Part shown: piece by piece, positions 23,901 through 35,900 of the stretch
Position numbering within the stretch: the first letter of the stretch is position 1
Layout of the letters: the number at the start of each line of letters is the position of its first letter
NCBI GenBank assembly: GCA_964019425.1
Contig: OZ025785.1
Coordinates: 1,116,001-1,180,000 of the forward strand
Direction: 5' to 3'
Source of the DNA: Flectonema sp. DT1601
Taxonomy: Eukaryota
DNA length: 64,000 nucleotides
Program-made: the position numbers and the translations under genes
Notes under the pieces: model-generated
Database searches by the model: none
The model's input: only the letters and a program-made list of their open reading frames with translations
Told to the model about the DNA's origin: nothing

Positions 23901-26900
23901 TTCGCAACCCCGAGTACCGCCCGACGCTGTACCCTGAGCCGGTGTTTTCGGTGGTGCCTGTGACATCGGAAGATGAGCAGCAGAGGAAGGGGATGGTGAC
24001 GATCACGGGTCCGTCGAGCCTGCGCGTGGCCGGAGACTACGAGGTCAGTTGCTGGGCGGACACCTGGGGACCGGAAGGGGAGATGGACTCTGGTATGCCT
24101 GACCTGACGAACTACCAGGCACCGGGCGGTGTCGTTTGGACGCCGGTTGGGGTGGTGACGGGAAGCGGGGGCGAGTGGGTGGCCCGCCAGCAGCTGCAGG
24201 ATATCCTCGACGCTTCGTCCAACCAGATAATCCGCAGGCGGTGCCTCGGATGTTCCCAGGAATTCACGTTCATCAAGATGAAGAAGCACTTCGGCAACCT
24301 CGGCGAGGTGTTGTCGAAGACGTGGTCGTCGGCGGTCGCGGTCGGAGACTACGAGGTTTACAACACGTACCGGGATGCCGTGCTCGGGGTGGACAAGTGG
24401 GTGGACGCCTGCAGTGCATGCGAAGGCCAGACGGACACAAGCTGCCCCCAGGGGATCTGCGTGTTCGAAGGAACCTGCAAGCCTGCGTTCGAGGTCGGCT
24501 TCCCGGGAATGTGTGGCGGGGGAAGGGTGTGGACCCCTACCGGGGTAGAGGGGCAGGACGTGCTGACGACGGCCAAGCACGTCACGTTCGCCGTTGAAAC
24601 CGCTCCGGGGTGCACGCCTCGGGTTGGAAAGGCTGCCGACTCGGAACGCATTCGGGTGGTGGATGCGAGAACGTTCGACGAATGCGTCAAGAATGTGAAG
24701 GAGACGTACAACGGTTTGACCGAGCGGGAGGCAACGGCGGCAAGTTGGAAGAGTTCAAACGGCAAGTGCTTCGCTGTGGTCGGTGTTTGGGGAACCAAAA
24801 CGCGGGTCAGAAGGGGGACGACGAATTTGGCCAGGTGGCGCACATGCGACTTCCCAGCTGTCAACAAGTACTCGGTTTCGGTCGGGGGTTGCGTGTGCTA
24901 CGGTGAACTGTGCCCTTGCAGCTCGCCGCCGAGAAGCAACCCGAACCTGAGAAAGGTGTGCGGGGTGAAGGTGATCCCTGCGGCGGCTGACCACCTGACG
25001 TGCCTCGACCGTCCGAAGGACACGTTCGTTGGACAGGAATTCGACGTGACGGTGGCGGTGCGCGATGTGTACTCGAACCGAGTCGCCTCCGTGAACGAGG
25101 GGACGGTGACTGCGCATTTCAAGGGTCTGTCGAGCCCTGCGGGGGACATTGTTTCCGGGGTGGCGACGGTGTCGATGGCGCTGAAGAAGTATGGCGACTT
25201 CAAGGTCCAGGTGACGTCGGACCTGGCAAGCCTCGCGAATAAGGTGGCGCGTTGTCCGGCAACGGTGTTGAACGACGAGGAAGACAACTGCCCACCGCAC
25301 AGGGTGACCTGTCCGATCGAGGACGACAGGTGTTGCGATGGAAAGGTTGCTTGCCCGGGGGCCAACAGGATTAAGGTGTGCCCCGGTGACTTGACCACGA
25401 TCACGTTCGCGACGCATCCGCCGCACAACGTGCCGTGCACGTCGGAGAAGCGTCAGCAGTCGGAACAGATGATCCCGAAGATCACCATTAAACTCTTCGA
25501 TGAGGAGGGGAACCTGAAGATCCTGCGGCCGATCAAGGTGAGCATCATGCTTGCGACGGCGACGAACGGGGCTGCGCCGTCGGAGGAGGGAAGGTTGTCA
25601 GGGACGGTGTCGAAGGACTCGGTGGGGGGAGTCGTGGTGTTTGACGACCTGTCGTACAACGTGGCGGAAAGGATCGGTCTCAAGGTAGAGGCGTTTGAGC
25701 AGGGCGCGGTTGTGTCGGGAGTGGACATCACGGTGCAGCGCAAGTCGACGGCGATCATCAACGTGTGTCCGGGAGACATCTGCAAGATCGAAATCGAGGA
25801 TTCACCGACTACCTGCACCTTCGACGTGGTGACTGAAGACCCGATTGAGGTGGTTGCGAAGGATCACTTTGGCAACAACTTGCTCGACCATCAGGTTGAG
25901 GATTGCGAGATCTCGGTCAAGGTGAAGAAGACGGGGACGCCGGACGGATTATTCTGGGTTCGCGTGAAGGACGGTTCGTCATCGAGCGAGGATCGCTACA
26001 GCCGCGCCCGATTGGGGCACACGGTGACGAAGATCAGCGAGACTTCGTTCATCATGTACGGTGGTTCGCTGGTTCGGCGCGAGGACCGTGACTTTGAACA
26101 CCTCGGAAGGGCCAGTGGACGCATCGATCGAGAGTGGGGGGACAGACGTGTTTGGAGGTTCGACGTCTTGACTTCGGAGTGGACGGTGGTTTGGTCACCT
26201 CCGGAAACACCGAGCTTCAGAACCGAGGGAGGCGACGTTCCTGCAGAGGGAGTTGTTGGAGGAAGATGCCTGTACCTCGGCGGACGTCGGCCTGCGGAGA
26301 GCCAGCTGGGGAACTGCAACGAACACGGTCCGACGCAGAAAGCCGGACACGCTGGGGAGTTGATTGGGAACAAGTTGGTCGTGTTCGGAGGGTTTTCCCC
26401 GGGTAAGTTTCGCACGGGACACTACTCTGGTGACGTGTGGATGTATGATGTGGTTACCAATCTTTGGAACCAGGTGGACGTCAGGGACAGTGAAGTCAAG
26501 TTCGGGGGCTACATGATGGCGTCGGCATCGTACCGCAGGCGGTTTTACGTGGTAGGCGGAACTGCTAGTGAGTTCGTTCCTGGAGAAAGCAACGGCCGCT
26601 TTTTTGCTCAGGGGAAGGCCACCCACTTGTACTACTTGGACCTGAGCACCGCGGTGACGGTGAGCGTAGCAACCGAGACACCGAAGGTGTCGTGGGTGAA
26701 GGTGCCGATCGGCGGAAATGACCATCCATACATCTATTTGGGATCATCGGCTATTCTCATTGGAACAAGGTTGTACGTCACCACCGGTAGGTCGATCGGG
26801 GAAATAGCTGACGACGTCGGAATCTACTCGATTGATCTCGAAAACGTGAACGGAGGGTGGAGGGTGGAGTCGCGCATCTTGCCGTACGTGTTTAACCACC

Positions 26901-29900
26901 ACACTGCGTTCGACGCGGAGACGAGGGAGATCATCATCTACGGAGGACAGGAGAGGTACGAACAGGCGGTCGGCCATACAGTTTTCACTGAGCAGTCGCG
27001 CGTCACGAGGTCGTTCAACATCGACACGAAGCAGTGGACGAACTTGAACCCGGGTGGGAAGTCGGGTTGTGTCGCGCAGAGCGGTTACGAGTACTTCGCG
27101 GCGAACCCAGAAAACGCGCCGGTGGTGTCGAACCGATGCAGTTTGAGGGGTGACGAGAACGCGTGTTCGTTGGCGGACGCGGGGGAATGCGCGTCGCGGA
27201 CGACGAAGGGGGATTGCCTTCCTGCGGTTGGTAGCGACAGTTTCAAATGCGCGTGGCTTCCAGGCGAGGCGGGGGCCGGGGAATGCGTGGTGCCCTGCCG
27301 ATGGGTGGACGCTTCGTTCGGAGGAGACAAACCCGGAAAGAGGTTCTACTCTGGAAATGCCAGGGGCCACGTCATCACCGTTGGTGGTCAAAAGAGAATG
27401 TACATGTTCGGTGGGATGACCAAGCTTTCGCCTGAGCAGCAGATGTACTCGGAGCACTTCTTGCAACCGGATGCGTATGCTGTATTTCCCGATACGGTGA
27501 CGTCGTCGGACAGCGACATGTGGTACCTGGAGATGCCGAGCAGCGGTGCGAAGGAGGCGTTCGACTTGAGGCCGTACGAGAAGAACTGCCGGGCGGTAGC
27601 GGGAACTGAGACATCGTGCGCTCACTTGTGGTGGAACAAGGTGCAGTGCGAAGGAACTGCGGGGTGCAGGTGGTTCGCCGGTTCGGAGTTCGTCTCCGGG
27701 GATCAGGTTCAGTGCTCGGCTGCGGACGGGCCGGACTGCGTTGTCCTTCACGGAACAACGTCGTTCAGGATGCCTTCGTCGTCTGTTGAATTCGATAACA
27801 TCATCGTGTCATCGACGAGGAAGTTGTTGGAGGATTCGATGGCTTACTGCGCGACTGTAGTCGAGGGTATGAACTGTCAGCAGCACGCAACTGAAGAACA
27901 ATGCACGGGAGGGGAGGGAGGAGACTGCAGGTGGGTGGTTGAGGCGCCTACCAGGAGGATGTCGATCCAGATGTTCGTGTCGGTGAAGTGCGGGAAGAAG
28001 GATCCTCGCTGCCCGCTGTCGCCGGTCGACTTGCCGTCAAGGGTTGAATGTGCTCGTTGCAAGCTGACGGTGAACAAGCAACCTGGTGGGGAACACTTGG
28101 TGATGGGAGCTGGGAAGCCGATCTTCACGTCGAACTTGCCGGGTCACAGTTTGAGTCCGATTACCGTTGATGTCACTGGTTCGGATGGGTCTCCGGTCAC
28201 CAACCTGGACAACTCGGATGACATTCTGAGGGACACGTCGATCACCCTTTGGCTGTCGAGAACGAGGTTCTCGTCGAACAGGGAGAGGACGTTGGAGTCG
28301 TCTACGAAGGCGATCGTCGGAACGAGGTCGACCTTCGAGCAGAGTGACTTGTCGTGGAGCGTGGACTCGGCGCCTTCGGTGATTTGGTTGAAGGCGGACC
28401 ACGCAGAGGGTGTTTGCGAGTCGAGCCACGCATGGCCGGTGAACGTTGTGAACGACCACGCTTGTGGATGGAAAGTCAGGAGCGTGAAGCAGGAGGTGAA
28501 GGCCGGGGAGGCGTTCGACGTGGACGTGACTCTGTTGGACAAGTTTGGAAACGTGGCGTACTGCGACTACCAGAGAGGGCACTGGAGGGAACCGGCTTCG
28601 GGACCTGCAAAGGTGCTGAGGACGTTGCCGGACAGCAACGAAGACGCGTGCGCGCAGGCATGCCGCGAGAGCAGGCGCTGCAGCTCGTGGAACTTTGCCG
28701 CGGAGAGCGTGACCCTCGAGGGAGCGAATGGCGGGACCCGTATGATTCCGAAGGGAACGTGTCTTTTGAACAGGGGGCTGACAGTCATCAAGAGCCGGGG
28801 ATGGGCTGAGGTGGAGGGGGCGGTGACCGGTGTTCCGGGAGGGATCTCGTGCAGAAACGGGGAGTACCTTGCGGTTGAAGCGGTGGCGGCCGACGGGGAA
28901 GCCGTTGAGGGGACGATGTTCTCGGCGACGCACGGGCTCGGGAAGCCGCGTTGTGTCGTGATGGGGGTCGAAGAGGCGGTTGCGACCCTCGTGTTCGGTG
29001 GAGACGCGAAGTCGTGCGGGAAGTGCTGCCGCGAGAACGGGGCCGGCAAGGTGGTCGAGTACCGCGAGGAAGGACACGCGACCAAGTGCGGTTGCACCGA
29101 CGGGACGTTCCCTTTGGCGGGGACTTCTTCGTGCTCGGGGTTGTCTGGAGAGGGAAAGAGGTACGTGTCCGTGAGGGACATCGTCGAGGGGTTCCAGGAG
29201 GACGTGGTTTCGCACAGGGCGACTTTCAAGAAGCTGTGGCACAACAAGGCCGAGCAGATCAAGTTGGTGTTCCACCTGCGTTCACACTTGGAAGGCGCGC
29301 CGAGCGCGGGGTGCGCTGTGGACCCGTCGGGAACGTTGAAGGTGATTCCAAACGATCCTCACCACCTCAACCTCGAGAGGATTCCGGATGTCGTGCAGGC
29401 GTCGTGCGGAGTCGACAACCCGTTTACTGTTGAACTCGAGATTGTCGATTTCTGGAACAACAGGGTTCCTGTTTCCGACCACGTGGTCGAGATTTCGGTT
29501 GAGGTCGGCAGCGAGAGGCTCATGGGCACGACGGTTACGAGGTCGGTGAACGGTCTCGTGACCTTCACGCTCAAGTACCAGAAGGCCGAATACTTGACCC
29601 TGTACGTGACGGATCGAAACATCGCTTCGGGGCAACAGCAGCAGCAACAGCTGAGCATTGCTAGCGGAGCCGGAAGCAGCGAGGCTGGCAGCTGCGCGGG
29701 AAGCTGCTCAGGAAACAGCTGCTTGAACCCGACGGACAGCATGTGCTGCCTGGAGCTTCCGCCGATCAGGATCCTCAGCGGGCCTGCATACAAGTTGGTT
29801 ACGATTTCCCAGCCGCCGTCGGTCATTCAGAGTTACGGAAAGGGGGATTGCGATGGGTTCGGCTACGAAGTTCAGTTGCAGGATTCGTGCGGCAACCCGA

Positions 29901-32900
29901 TCGACTCGGAGCACGCTGGCGAGAGTGCGGCGGCCAAGTACGAGGGGACCGAGGTACAGGTGGTGGTGGAAACCGGTGATGCGACTCGGTACGTCGCGAG
30001 CAACTGTGACAGCGAAGTGTGCATCGGCAGGTTGGTCCCGCTGCGTCCGTTTGCGACTTTGACTTGTTCCATTGGCGGATCAAGCCGCTGTTCTTGCAGT
30101 GACTTGATCAACGAGGCGACCGTGGACATCGAAAAGGGATACGTTTCCGGGGAGGATAACCTCGTTTGCCAGGCTTGCGAGGCTGCCGGATTCGGGAGCG
30201 CCTGGGATGTGAGAAGGGGATTGCTGACAATCTCGTCGACGGAAGCGAGGTCGCTGGACTCGTTCACGCAAATGATGAAGAGTGTCGTGTTCACGACGTC
30301 TTCGCTGGAGAGCGAAGAGCGCACCATCACCTGGAGTTACGGCCACGCGTTCTACTCGACATACACGAATCACTTCTACCATTACTACCCAAAGGCGTCC
30401 TGTCAGGATGGATACCCGGTGGGAGAGCGTGTCAACAACCGGTGCCACTGGAGGGATGCGCAGACGGCGTGTGAAAGCAAAACGGTTCTGGGGATGCGTG
30501 GGTACCTGATGACGGCGACGGACGCCACGGAAGACGAGATCGGAAAATCGAAGATCCAGGGGAGCGGATGGATGGGAGCATCGGACAGGGCGGAGGAAGG
30601 GACGTGGGGATGGGTGACGGGTCCGGAAGGTCAGCGGGGAGGCTGCGTCTACGGAGAGGGGAAGACCGGTTGCTTGGAAAGTGAGATTGGTTTGGTGTTT
30701 GGAAGAGGCCAGGCCCCGGGGTTCAATGCCGTGATCGATCCCGCGACCGGAAACCCGTTCTACAACGCGTACTCGGAGACTGAGCCGAACGATTACGGAG
30801 GTGGTGAAGATTACCTGCACTACTGGCCATCTGGAGCATGGAACGACTACGCGGCCGAGCAGCGAAATATCGATGGTTTCATCTGCGAGTGGGGAGGGCT
30901 CGATGAACCGTGCGCGAGCATCGGAGAACTGTCGGGGACTTTGGTGATCAGGGCAGGAAGCGGAAGCCCTGCTGGAAAACACACTATTTTGAACCCGCCG
31001 CTCATCCTGACCGGGGGAACTTGCACCATCGAGGGAGCGCACTCTCAGGTGGACCCTGACCTGCGGTTGACGGTTCGCCTTCCGGAGTACGCGGCGATCA
31101 GGCCGGCGAAACCGAACCCGATCGAGGTTGAACACTGCACCCCTCGCAAGCTGAAGATCACTGAGCCGAAGGGATGCAATGATCCGAAACTGCCCCTGCC
31201 GGTGATTGGAGTTCGCACTCAGATGCCTGACATGACGGTTGTTATTTTGGATCGCGATGGAAACGTTTGCGACACGACGGAGGTGCTGTCGGCGACCGAC
31301 GTCGGGTGCCTGTCGACGCTCGAGGCGCCGCCGGGTGCCCGTTTCATGCGTACGAAGTCGAAGGACCAATGCATGCGTGAGTGTGCTGGTCTGGGATTCC
31401 AATACTTCGGGATGACCGAGGTGGAATGCAGATGCCACATAGCGTCGGACCTCGAAGGGTCTGAGGAAGCAGAGGGCGTGCAGTGCACATCGCAGTGCTA
31501 CTCGGAAGCGCAGAACATTTGCGGTGAGGATCCGTTGTCGATCGCGATGTTCGAGATCCGGACGACTTACGGAAGGCTCGAGTACTCGACGTACACGTCG
31601 AGGGAGAACCCGAGGAGGAAGCTGGACCCTCGGTTCTCGGCGCTTTCGATCGCGGACAAGAGCTTCGCGGGAGGCGGAGGAGAGTTGTTCGGGTCGCTGG
31701 TGAAGGATGCGTTCGAGGGGGTGGTGGTGTTCGACGACACGGTTTGGCTGCCGGACCAGGTGAGCCGCGCGGCGTGTCTTGCGAACTCGAGAGCGGAGCC
31801 GTGCTCTGGGCAGCTGACGCTCGAAGTGGAGGATCAGTTCGGGGAGCTTGAGAAGGACACCTGCGTGGTGCGGTCGCAGAACGACAAGGTGGTGTGTCCG
31901 TCGGCGACGACGTTGGCTACCAGGGTCGGCGAGGAATTCGACATCTGGGCCTGGGTTGACACGAGCTTCGAAGGAATGGACGTGACGACGATCGAGTTGA
32001 CGATCTTCGACGACAGCAACGAGCTTCAGATTGTTGAGGGCCCGCACCCTGAACAGGGGAATGGTGTCGTGAGCAGCTGGGTGAAGTCGGGATCGAGGTA
32101 CGTGCTGACGGTGACGAGCAGCGGGGTCCTCAGGGAAGAAGACAGGGTTTGGTTCCCGAGACTCTTCTACTCGACGGTCATCCCGTCGAACATGGAGAAG
32201 GTTGACCGGACGATCAGGATTCAGTCGGACTTTGCGGAGGAGTGTCGGGTGAAGGTTCAGGTGTCGGCCGGTCTGGTTTCGAAGTGCTCGAGAAGGCTGC
32301 CGTCTTCGACGTGCTACAGGGCATGCGACTATTTTGGGTTCGAGTACTTTGCGTTGGATACGTACGGCAACCAGGTTAAGGGGGACAAGGGACGTTGCGT
32401 GTCGACGTCGACGACGCCTGGGTCGTGCCCAGGGAGGGGAACGTTCCCAGAGGGACCGCGGGGAATGGGGACTCTGAAGAGTATGTTCACCCAGGAAGCC
32501 GGACAGATCGGTGTCGGTGTCACGACCCGTCGCAGGAACGGAGTGTTGGAGCTGTTCCTCGAGGACACCCTGCGGTATTGGAAGAGTACTTCGATTCCGA
32601 TCGAGTGGAAGAACGGTGAGGCCCCGGACTACGGGAGGATCGAATCGGGCGAGCTTTGTGTTGTGTTGGACAAGGTGACCAGGTTCGCAGGTTCAGCCAG
32701 CTTGGAGACCTTCTCTTGGACGACTGCCGCGTGCTCGGGGGTCGAGAGGTTCTTCTGCAGCGCGACGCGGGTCAATCGTAACCAGTGCAGCAACTGGATC
32801 GCGCCTCCCTACGGCCGCGTGGCGGTGTCGCAGCCGCCTCCGGTATTCACTTCGAACGGTGGGAGGGACGTTCTTTATGGGAGAACATTTTCTTACGGCA

Positions 32901-35900
32901 ACCGCGGAAAATTCTCTTTCAAAGTGTACTACTTACGGGCTGTCAGGGCCCGCGAGTTGACGGCAACCTTGATCGCAACGACGGGCGAAGAGGTCGACTG
33001 TGGGTTCGGGTTGAAGACCTTCGAGATCGACATCTCCCCTGCGTTGCCGCGATACCTGAGGGCGACGATCTCGGCGAATTCGCCGATTTCGAGGGACTCG
33101 AATAATTGGCCAGTTGTTTGCATTTCGTGTTCTTCGGTTGATTCTTTCGACGTCAGGGTGTCGTCGTGGGACTCGTATGGCAACCTCAACAGTTGGGATT
33201 GCGAGTCTGAGGACGCGTGGTCGTCGAAGATAGGCAGGGTGACGATCTCGGCTGAAGGGGTGGTTGATGGGAAGCTTGTGAAGCCGGATTCCACGGGACT
33301 CGTGGGAATGCCGGGGACGGTGGCGGAGGCAAGGGACGGGAAGCTGATGCGGGGAGGAGTGGCAACCTTCAGCGGGCTGCGATTCAACCGACCAGGGTTC
33401 GTCAAGTTCGTGGCCGAGGTGAATGAATGGACTGTGCCGACTTGGAAGCCGACGTTTCCGGTTGTGTATGCGCACTTCGAGGCGTGCCTGCCGAGGAAGC
33501 TGGTTCTGATCGAGGGAGAGCCTTCGCCGGTGGCAGGAAAGGAATTCGTGATGGGCTATGAACTCCGTGACCAGTACGACAACAGGATCACGGCTGATCC
33601 GTTCGATGTGTTGGAGAAGGCGAAGAGGTTGAGCGGCCAGGGCAGAGTTGTGAAGTTCGGGTTCACCAACGGCTATGCGAACGAGGAGCACAGCGTCGAG
33701 GAAATCGATTCCTACTACAGCCGTCACGGAAGGTACGCGCACGCGGTTACCCACTACAAGGTGTTGTACGGGACTTCTATCGTTGCGGTGAACACGAAGC
33801 TGGCTTTGGGAGTTGAGAACGAAGTCTTGATCGACCTGACGGGGACGCCGTTGGAGACGTGTTCGGCGGCGACGATCGAGAGGGATGACGAGTTGAACCT
33901 GAAACACAACGAACCGATCTCGCTTTCGGGATTGGTGCACGACGAAACGGTGCACTACGACGAGCCGTTCGCGTACGGTGTGAGCGCGTACCAGTACGAC
34001 AGATGGAACAACGAGGGTATCGAATGGGAAAGCCGTTACGGAGGGATCGAGTGCAAGCTGGAGTTGTCGACGGCGACGGTGTCGTTGTCGGTTGACGGCG
34101 TCGACACGGAGGTGACGTACACGCTGCCGTTCGTTCCGGTGGCGACGAATGAGCAAGGTGCGGGGGGAGCCCAGCTTGCGAGGGGAGTGCAGCAGCTGGA
34201 TGCGATGCAGGACGCTCTGCGGGCTTGGTTCAACGAGGACGCGACGAGGACGGGGCTCACCAACACGGTGCCGTTTTCCCGGGCGGGATCAGATACGAAG
34301 GTTCCGTACTTCGTGCCGAGTCTGTTGATGGGGCAGAGGATGGGGGACGACAGGAGGCCGGTGGCGTACAGGAGTTCGATGGTTTGGTTCAGGCAGACGT
34401 TCTCGAGGAGGGCGACGGGGAAGTTCAAGCTGCTGACGACGTGCGTCCGTCTGGACCGAAGCGCGTTTCGAGTGGACGATCCGCAGGCCCCGCAGCGGTT
34501 CAGCAAGGAAACCGCGTACATTACGGTTGAGAGGAACGCCATCGAGCTTGTCCGCGAGCCGCCGAGGAACCCGTGCAGGCGTGCGGGAGACGCGGCGTAC
34601 TTCATCGCGAAGTTGACCCTCGCGAACGGCGACGACCTCGTGAGCTTCCCGACGGGAGTCCGTCTGATGTACACGATGCTTTCGGTGGACTCGAGGACGA
34701 CTTCGGGGCCGTTCGCTTGCGACGACGCGGTGGTCGTAAAGCGGGAGACTTCGCACGCGGACTTGTCCCAGGAATCGCCTCACACGGTTTGGGTGAGGTG
34801 TTCGATCAACAGCGACAACTCGGAGTCGAACTTGCCGGCGGGGCTGAACTTGAACGGTATGAAGGATCGCAGGCAGTCGTGGGTCGTGGACCTGCCTGGG
34901 CGTCCGACGATCATGCAGGACACGTTGGGCGGGGAGGTGGCTTCCGGGTACTCTTCGGTGGAAGCGGAGTTCATCGAGTTCATCCACGCGTGCACCGACA
35001 AGATGGTGAGCGACAGTCGCCCGCCGAGGGAGGTTGTGGTGAACACGCCGTTCTCGCTGAAGGTGACTTTGAAAGACAGGTTCGAGAACAACGGCGGTGT
35101 GTACACGATCACGGTGAACGCGTACAACGTCAACCCGGAGGGTTTCGTGGGTGATTTGAACACGCATTTGGTGAGCCAGTTCACGAGCAGCGCCCAGAAG
35201 GACCAGTCGCTCGGTGCGAACGACTTCGCGACCGGGGGGGGAGTGGCGTCGTTGTCTGGGTTGTACGTCGACAACGAGTTCCTGAGGGACGCGTCCGGCG
35301 AGGAAGGATTCATTTGGGTGGTCGCTTTCGTGAAGAAGAACTCCGGGAAGGGATGCGATGCCGGGTGCGACCCTCACTTGGAGGGATCGCTTTCGTGCAA
35401 AAATGGTGCGGTCCCCCACCCAATATTTGGATGCGTCTCCTACAACTTCGGGCGCATTCTTGTGACGCCTGACAAGTTCGAGAGCTGCCACTTCGTGAAG
35501 TTCCCTGGTCCTGACGGCATGATTGCGGGGTCGAGGTTCGCTGAAGATTTTGAAGTCGTCTTGGCCGACCAGCACGGTCTGAGGATCCACGAGTGGGGGC
35601 ACACTGACGAGGCGAAGATGACTGTGGTCGGAAAAGACAGCAAGACGCCTGGGTACGGACTGAATTTGTTCATGGATGCTGTTGGCCTTTCGCCCATCAC
35701 TTCTCCGAAGGAAACGGAAGCGGGCGGACTTTTTGTAGTTGAAATGGTCGTGGGTGGGTTGGCGGAAAACGGTGGACAATTCTCGAACTTGAATGGGCAA
35801 ACCGAAGACGAATGGTGGGTTCTTCGGGTGGTGTATGTGAACACCGAGCCAAGGGGTCTTTTAGAGATTTTCAGTAGCGACAAGGATACATTCAGCATCT

